Made by a program: the position numbers and the translations under genes
Assembly (NCBI RefSeq): GCF_038025025.1
Contig: NW_027117349.1
Span: 1,302,001 to 1,366,000 of the forward strand
Reading direction: 5' to 3'
Length of the DNA: 64,000 bases
Source: Phyllosticta citribraziliensis
Lineage: Eukaryota
The notes under the pieces: model-generated
Seen by the model: only the letters and a program-made list of their open reading frames with translations
Database searches by the model: none
What the model was told of the DNA's origin: nothing
Shown here: positions 45,701-56,098 of the stretch, one piece after another
How the letters are laid out: each line of letters opens with the position of its first letter
How positions within the stretch are numbered: position 1 is the stretch's first letter

Positions 45701-48700
45701 GAAGGCTCTCACTCCGGCCAGCCGCGTTGCAGCGCTCCAGCCACTGCTTGCCGCCCAAACCGACGTGCGAGCTGCCATTGACGAGGCAAAGTCTGTCAAG
45801 CAGGAGAGGGATGTCCGCATCAAGGCCGCCGCAGCAGGTGCTGTTGTTGCGTTCCGCGAAATCCCCAAGAAGCCGGCTTTGACGATTAAGGGCCTCATGG
45901 ACTCGGTCAAGAATGAGGAAAACCTAGATCTCCAGAGACGCTCGGCGGCCGCTGTTGCAATTCTCGTCGAGCATGTCGCAACGCATGGCAAGCGCGTCGT
46001 CGTGGAAAAGGTTGTCGGTAACTTGGTCAAGTTTTGTTGCATGGAGACTGCAGAGACGCCCGAATTCCACCCCAACGCCGATGTCGAGGTCGGCATTCTG
46101 TCGCTCAAGAAGGAGGAGGATGTTCGAGACCACCCCGACGCCGCGAAGTTCGAAAGGGAAGCCAAGGCCGCTCGCATCACTAGGCGTGGTGCCAAAGAGG
46201 CGCTGGAGCAGATGGTCGTCAATTTTGGCGGCGAGCTGTTTGAAAAGATTCCCATTCTCCGCACGCTCATCGAGGAACCGATTCAACGCGCTTTCGCCAG
46301 CGACGAGCTCCCTGCTGATATCAAGGATCCAGACAGCTCTTTTGGACAGGAGGTCGTCGATGGCCTCTCAACATTGCGGGCCCTGGTTGGAAGATTCCAC
46401 CCCAACCTCCACGCCTTTGTCCTCGAATTGTTGCCGCTCATTGCTAGGGCGCTGCAGTCAAGACTTTCCGTCCTGCGCTATGCTGCGGCAAAGTGCTTTG
46501 CCACAATCTGTAGCGTTATGACTGTCCAGGGCATCACGATGCTGGTCGAAAAGGTCATGCCGGCCATCAGCAACCCGGTTGACGTCCACTGTCGCCAGGG
46601 GGCCATTGAGTGCATCTATCACCTGATCCATGTAATGGAGGACGGTATCCTTCCCTATGTCATCTTCCTCATCGTCCCCGTTTTGGGCCGCATGAGCGAC
46701 TCGGACAACGACGTCCGTCTCATTGCCACCACCACCTTTGCCACTTTGGTCAAGCTTGTTCCTCTCGAAGCAGGTATCCCGGATCCGCCAGGGCTTTCGG
46801 AAGAGCTGCTGCGCGGCCGAGACCGCGAGCGCAAGTTCATTGCGCAAATGCTCGACGCCAAAAAGGTGGAGCCGTTTGAGATTCCCGTCGCGATCAAGGC
46901 GGAACTCCGCTCGTACCAGCAAGAGGGCGTCAACTGGCTCGCCTTCCTCAACCGCTACCACCTCCACGGCATCCTCTGCGATGACATGGGTCTGGGCAAG
47001 ACGCTGCAGACGATTTGCATCGTCGCGAGCGACCACCATAACCGCGCCGAAGAATTCAAGAAGACGGGCTCTCCCGACGTGCGGCGCCTGCCTTCTCTCA
47101 TCGTCTGCCCGCCTACGCTCTCGGGTCACTGGCAGCAGGAGATTCGCTCGTATGCGCCGTTTCTCAAGCCCGTGGCGTATGTTGGTCCTCCATCTGAGCG
47201 TGCGCGTGTGCGTCCGGAGCTGGATAACGCAGACATTGTCATTACCTCGTACGACATTTGCCGCAACGACATTGACATCCTTACCCCCCTCAACTGGAAC
47301 TACTGTGTGCTTGACGAAGGCCACCTCATCAAGAACAGCAGAACCAAAACTACCCAGGCCGTCAAGCGCCTCCATTCCAACCACCGGCTCATCCTCACTG
47401 GTACCCCCATCCAGAACAACGTCTTGGAGCTCTGGTCCTTGTTCGACTTTCTCATGCCCGGCTTCCTGGGCTCGGAGAAGGTGTTTCAAGACCGATTCGC
47501 CAAGCCCATTGCTGCATCGCGCTTTTCCAAGTCGTCGTCAAGGGAGCAGGAAGCAGGTGCGCTTGCTATTGAGGCGCTGCACAAGCAAGTCCTGCCGTTC
47601 TTGCTGCGCCGTCTCAAGGAAGAGGTGCTTGACGACCTGCCGCCCAAGATTCTGCAAAACTACTACTGCGACCTGTCAGACCTGCAGCGCCGGCTCTTTG
47701 ACGACTTCACACGCAAAGAGGCTAAGACCCTCGCGGAGAAGGCATCGTCAGAGGACAAGGAGAGCAAGCAGCACATCTTCCAGGCGCTGCAGTACATGCG
47801 CAAGCTGTGCAACAGCCCGGCCCTCGTCATGAAGCCCGAGCACAAGCAGTACCAGGACATCCAATCGCACCTGGCCAAGACCGGCTCGACGCTCCGCGAC
47901 GCCACGCACGCCCCCAAGCTGACGGCCCTGCGCGACCTGCTGCTGGACTGCGGCATCGGAACGCAGCCCTCCGAGTCGTCATCCGGCGGCGACGTGCCAG
48001 CCGCCTCGGAGGCCGTCAGCCCGCACCGGGCGCTCGTCTTCTGCCAGATGAAGGAGATGCTGGACATGGTGCAAGACACGGTGCTCAAGAAGATGCTGCC
48101 GTCGGTGCAGTTCATGCGGCTGGACGGCGGGGTCGAGGCGTCGCGGCGGCAGGAGATTGTCAACAAGTTCAACAGCGACCCCAGCTACGACGTGCTGCTG
48201 CTGACGACGAGCGTCGGCGGGCTCGGGCTCAACCTGACGGGCGCCGACACGGTCATCTTCGTCGAGCACGACTGGAATCCGCAGAAGGACATGCAGGCCA
48301 TGGATCGCGCGCATCGCATTGGGCAGAAGAAGGTCGTCAATGTCTATCGCATCGTTACGCGGGGGACGCTGGAGGAGAAGATTTTGAAGTATGTCATCAT
48401 CCCCTGGTCTTCCTTGCCTTTTCCTCTTCATTTCTCCCCTTGCTACTAACAACGCGTTGGTATTGGAACACATTGCTAACATACCACCCCCACCACAGCC
48501 TCCAACGCTTCAAAATCGACGTGGCCAGCACCGTCGTCAACCAGCAAAACGCCGGCCTCGGCACCATGGAAACAGACCAAATCCTCGACCTCTTCAACCT
48601 GTCGGCCGACGGCGCCGACGACCCGCTCGGCGCCCCTGGCGGTGCTTCATCAGCTGGCGCTCCTGGTGGCGCTGGCCAGCACGACATTTCGGAGGAAGAC

Positions 48701-48835
48701 GCCGTCGATGCCACGGGCGAGGTGCGCGAGAAGGGCAAGAAGGGCTTCTTGGATGAGCTGGGCGAGCTGTGGGATGAGCGGCAGTATCAGGAGGAGTTTG
48801 ATTTGGACAACTTTTTGGCGACGATGAAGAATTGA
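42764..48835 (+). CDS. MOT1: TBP-associated SNF2-family ATPase Mot1/BTAF1; exons 42764-42774, 42876-42893, 42956-48388, 48499-48835
   Basis: Spliced N-terminus MASRLDRLVTLLETGST, HEAT-type repeats, GILCDDMGLGKT, LDEGH, LTGTPIQNN, HDWNPQKDMQAMDRAHRIGQ and acidic C-terminus ELWDERQYQEEFDL. Confidence 0.97.
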
Positions 48836-49635
48836 TGATGGGGTGGTGGGTGGGTGGGAAGAAGAGGGGGTGGGGAGAGGCGTCAAAGGGACAATCAAAA
48901 AGGAAGGATCGAAGGGAATCTGGGTTGGTTGCGTTGATTGGTTGGGTGCATTGCATTTGCATGCTTGACGGAATGCTTGCTTCTATGCGTAGGGCCTAGC
49001 CTGCCTGCCTGCCTGCACGAACAGGACAGGTCAGAGCTATACAAAAGGAAAGGAAAGGACGTAGCTGCTGCTGCTGCTGCTGCTGAAGAAGAAGGAAAAG
49101 GGCGGGAAAAGGAGGTGCTGGTAGTTCTGGATGAACAGCAGAGTGCAGTGCAGTGTATTAAGCCAAGAGTCGAATTGAATTCAATCATAAGATCAATTGC
49201 TTCCTTCTTTGGGTCGTCGGTCTCTTCTCTGGTCTACCGTCGTCGTTGTCGTCGTCGAAGTGGAAGAAGTCTTGTCATCGTACGGATGCCTGTTTGTCCC
49301 ACAGGCAGCATGGGACGGGTCTGTGTATTTGTCTGTAATCTGTATGGTCCTATATATTTAATGTCTATTTCGTACTATGTGCATATCGATCTATCTATCT
49401 ACAAAAGACCATCGGGGACAGACGATAGAGACAGCTGCTGCGCCTGGCTGCCTGCCTGCCTGCGCCTAGATTGTAGAGCCGCGCCGCAAATGCAATGCAA
49501 TGTCGCTCCGTGGTAATATCCAGCTCCAAATCCAAACTCGAAATTCCAATTCCAAACTCCCAGCCATGCCACGCCACTCCAGCCCTTCATCGACATCCAC
49601 ATCTCACTACATCCCCCACCCCGATCCAGCCCTCT

Positions 49636-51863
49636 CTAGTGCTGGCCCCCCATCAACCCACTCTTCTCCTCCGCCGCAACCCTCTCATACACGACCGCAC
49701 CCCCATTCCCACCCCCATAAACCCCGCCATCAGCAACGAGCCCCGTATCGCCACAAAACTGCACCTTATACCGCTTGACCAACTTATCCTTCTCATCAGC
49801 AGCGCCCTTGCCATGCAGCTGCGGCAGGCGACCGGCGGCACCGCCCGCCGCGCCCGCGGCCACCAGGCAGACGGGGTTGAGCGGGTCCCAGGCCGTGGCG
49901 TGGCGGCTGTCGGCGCGCAGGCCCTCGAGGCAGTACCAGGCGGCGGCGGCCAGGACGAACGTGAGCAGCGGCAGCAGCGTGGCGATGGACGTGGGCGAGC
50001 CGGACCAGCCGAGGCGCCAGGCGCTGAGGGAGCCCGGGATGGCGGCGCGCGTCAGGGCGTGCGCGCCGAGGTCGCGGTAGCGGATGCGCGCCATGGTGCC
50101 CTGGTACTCGAAGACGCCGCGGAGGGCGTCTTCGAAGATGGGGATGATGTTGGACGCGTCGACGGTGAGGCTGGCGGCCGTTCCGCTGACCGAGAGGACG
50201 GCGTCGAGGAAGGCGTTGCCCTGCTGCCGGCGTTAGTATGCCGTGTCATGACTGTGGAGGGATGGGATGAGCTCGCCATGCACGCGCTGGCTGCTGTGGA
50301 GATGGGGCTGGGGTGTACGCACCGTGCTTGTGTAGGGGTCTATGAGGGCGTGGAGGATAGATTCTAGAATCTCAGGCGGGACCTTCGACGAAGAGCCCTC
50401 CAGTGGCCGCACCGAATCGACCTTGATCATACCCCCGTAATTCATGTACGTGACGTTGTTGGTCGTCAAGTACGGGTTGATTGTGCATGTCATGTTGCCA
50501 AAGACGTCTGTATAGGTGCCGAAAGATCGCAGGTACAAGGTCCATTTCTGCGCGGCGGCATCGTCCCCCATGCAAATGTAGACACCCATGCTGGCGTTTT
50601 GGGGCGTCACAAACGTGTCGTTCTCTCTCAGAGGGTTTACGCACTCGGTCGTGTCGTAGGTGAATGTGTACAAGCCCATTGTTTGGTCATCGTATCCATT
50701 TGAGACACTCGTCGGTTCCTCGTCACTGCGAGAGATGGGGCTTTCTTGTCCGGTGGTATTTTTGCATGATATGTCGACGGAGAAACCCTGCTGCTCAAGC
50801 GTGTAGTTGTAGCTCAGGGAGGCGTAATGGTCCGAAAGCAGCGTGTAGCTCAAGGAGGCGTGATCATCCGAGAACGGCGCGTAGTCCACGTCGTCCACGA
50901 AGGCCAAGATTCCGAGTCTACCAATAGGCAGCACCCCCCCTGTTGAGCCGTCAAACACGGTGTCGGCCACTCGGGTGTACGTGACGTATGTGTTGTTCTT
51001 ATTTTCCAAGAGTGAGGTGCTCAAGGCGCTCACCATTCCGGAAGTCATGAATGCAACTTGATCGACCGCCCAAGCACACGAGGTATAGAAGACAGACCCG
51101 GGCAGAGTGGGATTAGGGTTCGTGTATTCCCACCAACCACACGTAGTCAAGTCGTCATTGTTTTCCTTGACTTTGTTCTCCTTGTACCACTCTGCAAATT
51201 GGTCCGTCTGCACGTGTATCTCGGATCCAGCGAGTGCAACGCTTTGAATGATGGGCTTTGGGGTCAACAGCGTCGTGTATGCCGAAGTCAGAGAAGATGC
51301 CGTGATCCACATGGCCAATGAGAACAGGGCAAGGTATGGGCTCTTGACATCCAGAAAGAGTTTGTGGTAAGACAATTTACTCCAACCTGCAAATTGTCAA
51401 TTCGTTGTATCCTCAGGGTCCAAGGCTGGATGTACTCACCCTCGATGGTAGCCAGGCTCGTACTCGCCTGGATCTTTTGCTTGACCATCAAGTGCAGTAG
51501 TTTGTCGAGCAGGAAGAGCGTTATGTATGCAAGCACAGACCCAATGAGTGTCAAGATGAAAGTCTTTTCTTTGGTATGGTTCTCGACCCAAAGACCAGCG
51601 GAGACTGGTAGAGCAAATGGCTCCCTAGCACCGCAAGCCCAAAAAGCAATGGCCAGTAGAACGAGGGTCACCAGGCTGCCAGAGTAGAGAATGTATTTTG
51701 GAAAAAGCCTAAAATCTGGTCAGTCCAATGGTCCAACGATGGGCAGACCAGGAACGCCTTTGTTAAGAAGTAAATAGAAAGAGGTTTAGACGTACCTGAT
51801 GCGTTCATTTCCGGACGCATGGTGAGCCGGAGAGGCCATGTAGGGAACTTGGAACGGACTCAT
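49636..51863 (-). CDS. Uncharacterised multi-pass membrane glycoprotein; exons ~51863-51796, 51708-51440, 51386-50323, ~50221-49636
   Basis: Splice sites join MSPFQVPY...RIR/LFPKYILYSGSLVTLVLLAIAFW...TIE/GWSKL...YTST/GNAFLD. Three N-terminal hydrophobic helices, a Cys- and N-glycosylation-rich luminal domain, and a C-terminal TM helix followed by WDPLNP. Confidence 0.7.
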
Positions 51864-53200
51864 TGGGCTTTCTGAAGTGAAGATCTGGCTATTCTCAGGC
51901 CCGGGTCACGATCGGATCTTTATAGATGTGCGTTGATTGAGGGCGGCGGCAGGCTCTGCCGCAACCAGCATCCAGTTGCTGAAACGGAGGATCCCATCAG
52001 ATTCATCAGCCACCACCACCGACACCAGATGTCCGACATCGTGAAGGCCAAGAGATAATACAATGCGATTCTAGCAGGCGATGTGGACCAATCACAGCAG
52101 CCAGCGAAACTTCAGGGTCCGGAGAGGTTGGTGGCTTCCACTCAGCTGAACGCCACGCCAAGACAGGCGGTCTTCTCAGGGAATACTAGGAAAAGCGCGT
52201 CCGCTCCTAGGGCGATTTTAGCTAGACATGGCCGGTAACCTAGGAGAGTTCGTGATCCTGAAACCGAGGAAAGCTCTGAGGAAGTCGGTGCGGTGGGTCG
52301 CAGTGAGTTCAAGCATCGGTTCATGCCGCCCAGAGCAGACCGTGAGCGGGCAGGGCAAGCCAGAAGAGCCACGCATTCTGTTAGCACGTTTTGGCAGACG
52401 ACAGGCCGTTGAAAGTCTTCCCGTTCCGAGATGTTTCTCTCCTTGGCAGTCTTGGTATCTCATCCAATCCATTGTGGCTGTTGCTGCTCGGCCAGTGTTG
52501 TTCTTGTTAGCTGTGTACGCTGCTCTTGTTGTTTCGACAAACGGCTCACTGCTGGCGGGTGGTGTCGATGTCATTGTTGAAGTTAACATTGCAAGGTGGG
52601 CATGTTGTGTTGGAGTGAGAAGAAGGAAGGGAAGAGCAGGCGGTCGAAAGTTCTGCCGGAAGGTGCGCACGCCTTGGTTGGCAGATCCCTGGTGTGTCAG
52701 CCTGTGGCACGCCGTTTTTTTTTGTTGCAAATTATTGGACTGTCAGAGTAGGAGCAAGGCTTATTGCCGCAACTCGTCGCATTAAAAACGAGTACCGACA
52801 GCGAAAAGGAGAGCATTTGCACGTTTTTGACGGCGAAATGGATCCTGAGCATTTCAGCTGCCTGTTGCATGATCCAGAGGCCTTCAGGTTCCTCAGAAGG
52901 TAGTAACCGGAGGCGTTCAAGAAGGCCGTGGTCGTATGCGCCATGAATTTGTACCAAGCTCTGGGCCAAGGAGACATGGACACCACGCCAAGCTGAGTGA
53001 TGGGCGACAGCCAAAGCAACGATGCATCCAGTTCAACGGCAGCACTAGTTGACACTCATTAGACTTGGAATGATCGCTGTGAATTATTTTGTACAAACCA
53101 ACGCCCTCCATTGAGTGACTGACCAAGCCCAATGCTTCACTACACTGCTCCTGGTATCTTGAATGCTGCTGAAAATGCTTCTGATTTTTTGAGACACTCC

Positions 53201-54982
53201 TTAGTCATCGTCCACTCTCGCACGTTTGGAAGATCGTCCATCAGGTTCGGCTCCGTGACGCTTGCTCGAGCCGGCGGCACCGCTTGTAGCCTCCGAAATC
53301 ATTTGACTGATGTTGAAGGGATCATCGGTATCCTTTTCAAACTGCACCGGGCCCTCGCGTTCCTTGGATGTGTTAGTCTTGCGCGGTAGAATGGTGAAAA
53401 ACGGATCGACATGACTTACATCTGCCGTTTCTGTGCCCTTGAAGCCCTCCTTTGCCTTGCCCAAGACCTCGTATCGACTCGTCTTGGTGATTCGATCGTA
53501 CGTCTCGCCTCCATCATCCTCGTCATCGTCTTGATTCACCTTTGGTCGGTAGATGCTGTTGATGGCGTCCTGTGCTGCAAACAGCGGTTTGTCATAGGCC
53601 TGGTCCTCGTTGAAGCCAGTGTCGAAGCCGCTTGTCTGGTTGAACAGACGCGAGTCGTACATGGTTTCCGCGGACTGCGATGGCTTTGCGATACCAAGAG
53701 CAATCTTTTCCGAAATATCGCGATTCTGCTCGCGCGCCATCATCTGGATACGGCGCTCCGTGCCCATGCGCGACTGGCGCAGTTGGCGTTCTGCATCTCT
53801 TCGCCTTTCCCGACGCATGGCCTCGCGCTCCTTGGCTGCCTCCTCGTCTTCGATTCCTTCCGAGTGGGAAGAGTATTCTGAGGGAGATCTGCTCCTCGAT
53901 CTGGATGGTGCGCGACCTCCGGAGCCCCTGCGCCCACCGCTGGCTTGCTCGCGAGCCTTCATGGCCAGCTGCCTCAAATGCTCCTCCTTTTGCAGTTTTT
54001 CTTTTTCGGCCAACTTCTGCTGCATCATCGCACGCTGCTTGACCTCCTCTCTGGCATGGCGATCGGCGGTAAAGAGAGCCTCGGCGAATTGTGCAAACTT
54101 GTCGTTGATGGTCACATCTTGCAGGCCACGCCCATCGGCTGCAAGGCGCTTGTCGAGAGGGACAGTATAACCCTTGGGATTCTTCCAGTTTGAGACGGGC
54201 GGGGGGATTTTCCAGGCCTCTTGGTCCTCGGCAGTCAGCTTTCGCGGCGGCGAATGCATGACGGGCGGAGGAGGGCTCGGGGGTCCTCGCGGAATTTTCT
54301 TGTGCTTGAACTTGGGCGGCTCCATGGGATCCTGTTGCCTGTCCACAATCTTGATGATTCGATCTTGCTTCTGCGTGTGGTCTCCCATCTGATTCGCAGG
54401 CGTGTAGCGCACGTAGGTAGGAGCTTTGCGAGTGGTGCCCTGGACAGTCTTTGGTTTTTGTGCTGCTACAGCGCCTGACACCAGCTTTGCGAGGGCGTCC
54501 TCCGTCTTCTTCTTGGTTTCGGCGACTTGTTCTTCGGACGGCCGCTCCAACGAGAGCTCACCCATGTCGGCCCTCTGGCGGAGAGGGATGAGGTCTTTGA
54601 AAGATGCTTGGACGATTCTGTTTTCGCTGTGACCCCTCCTTGCGATTGCGTCGTATTTGACCTTGCCTTCGGCGTTGACCTGGATAGCGAGGGCGTTGGA
54701 GCTGCCGCCGGTCTTGCGGCCCATGTCCAGCGGGTATTGAGCGACGGGAATCTCCGGAAAAGCGCCTCCATCGCCATAGTCTTCTTGTGAGCGTGGGCGC
54801 CATCCAGTGCGTTGGCCGTAAGGCGGAGGGCCAGTTTTCCTCAGGACGACCTGGGAGTTGTCGAGCTCGGCAGGGCCGACGACGCGTGGGCCGCGGGGCT
54901 GGGCGTGAGCTGGGAGCTCCTCATCATGACCGGTGTACTTGGGTTTTGGAAGGGCGCGCGAGATTGAAAGACCGGTAGACAT
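53201..54982 (-). CDS. PRP45: Pre-mRNA splicing factor Prp45/SNW1 (SKIP); one 57-nt intron at 53419-53363
   Basis: DYGDGGAFPEIPVAQYPLDMG, DPMEPPKFKHKKIPRGPPSPPPPVMHSPPRK, signature SNWKNPKGYTVPLDKRLAADGRGL and REGPVQFEK. Likely ATG at 54982. Confidence 0.95.
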   Translation of the reverse strand: MSTGLSISRALPKPKYTGHDEELPAHAQPRGPRVVGPAELDNSQVVLRKTGPPPYGQRTGWRPRSQEDYGDGGAFPEIPVAQYPLDMGRKTGGSSNALAIQVNAEGKVKYDAIARRGHSENRIVQASFKDLIPLRQRADMGELSLERPSEEQVAETKKKTEDALAKLVSGAVAAQKPKTVQGTTRKAPTYVRYTPANQMGDHTQKQDRIIKIVDRQQDPMEPPKFKHKKIPRGPPSPPPPVMHSPPRKLTAEDQEAWKIPPPVSNWKNPKGYTVPLDKRLAADGRGLQDVTINDKFAQFAEALFTADRHAREEVKQRAMMQQKLAEKEKLQKEEHLRQLAMKAREQASGGRRGSGGRAPSRSRSRSPSEYSSHSEGIEDEEAAKEREAMRRERRRDAERQLRQSRMGTERRIQMMAREQNRDISEKIALGIAKPSQSAETMYDSRLFNQTSGFDTGFNEDQAYDKPLFAAQDAINSIYRPKVNQDDDEDDGGETYDRITKTSRYEVLGKAKEGFKGTETADVSHVDPFFTILPRKTNTSKEREGPVQFEKDTDDPFNISQMISEATSGAAGSSKRHGAEPDGRSSKRARVDDD

Positions 54983-56098
54983 GGTGTCGGGGTGAGGATA
55001 GATGAGGTTGTCTGATACGGGGACCGACGTCCAGTGTTGGAGATGGAGTCGAGGCGACGGGCAAAAAGCTGCGTCCGTGCGCGCCAAGAAGCACGCCAGG
55101 CACCAAGGCTGCAATGATGCCAGGTACAGTGAGTGCAGTACTGTCGTCTGTCTGTCTGTCTGTCGATGCACTTGGAAATTAAACACACGAGACAGGCTGT
55201 ACGATGTGATTGCGTGCGGCTGCTCGAATATCTCTAGCGAAAACTTTCGTATCGACTGTGGTTTGGACCAGTCTCTCCGGACCAAGCAGTGCAATTCGCG
55301 ATATTTGGCGAGATTGACATGAGCAAACGAGGATTTGACAGTCGACAAAGGCAATGGGGGTGGAGGAATGAGAGGCTTGACAGTTGACGGAAAAAAGGGA
55401 GAGTCTAATGCCCTTTTCGAACATCAACCGCGTTTTGCGGCCAACTTTAACAACGGTACGACGGTTAAGCGCGCCCAGCCAGCAGGAAGAACTGCCATTG
55501 CGACGGGCCAAGAAGAAACTCGAGTAGACAGGTGTGTACCGTCTTTGGCATAGGTACATGAATAGAAAACAGACAAGCAGTCAAGACGCATAGCCCGCGG
55601 GTACCTGAGACTTGAATCCTTTGGTTGAGGAGGAGACGACTAGAGCAGATGGCCAGACAGCCAGGAGGAAGCCACCCAGACCCAGACCTAGACGCAGAGA
55701 ATAAACCACAGCTCGACCGCACCGCACCACACCGCACCTTGGTCTGACTTGTCTCGCCTTCATTCTTCTTCCTCTTCTTCACCTCTTGGTGAGCCCCAGG
55801 TCGTCCATCCATCCTAGCGCTCCCGTCACCTGCGACGGCCTCTGCTGCACGGCATTGCTTTAGCCTTGGTCGCTGCGCTGCAACCCGTTCCTGACGCCCG
55901 CCGCGAGAGCAGACGGCGCCCACTCGATGGCTTCTGCGTCTGCTTCCTCTTCTGCCTCTTGATTGCCCTGGTGTTTGCATTCCACTCTTCGTTTTCGGCC
56001 TGGCCCTGCTGTTCTTGACACCAGACCAGACCAGACCAGACCTGACCTGACCTGGACCCGGCGTGCACCCCTCGCCAACGCACTGAGCGACAAGGATA

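Noticed and set aside
46458..47489. 343-aa antisense ORF and other nested ORFs within MOT1
   Set aside because: Antisense of a GC3-rich conserved CDS; expected artefact.
14688..48835. Functional clustering of TBP regulators (TAF11, MOT1) and translation genes (STM1, RPL4, RPL16)
   Set aside because: Spacing of tens of kb with unrelated genes between; compatible with chance in a housekeeping-rich region.
52000..53150. Short ORFs (70-185 aa) upstream of the membrane protein gene
   Set aside because: Non-ATG starts or no recognisable motifs; cannot support a gene or pseudogene.
54983..55354. 124-aa TTG-started N-terminal extension of PRP45 in the ORF track
   Set aside because: Not protein-like and spans what looks like UTR, a UTR intron and microsatellite; the ATG at 54982 in ACC context fits the family start.
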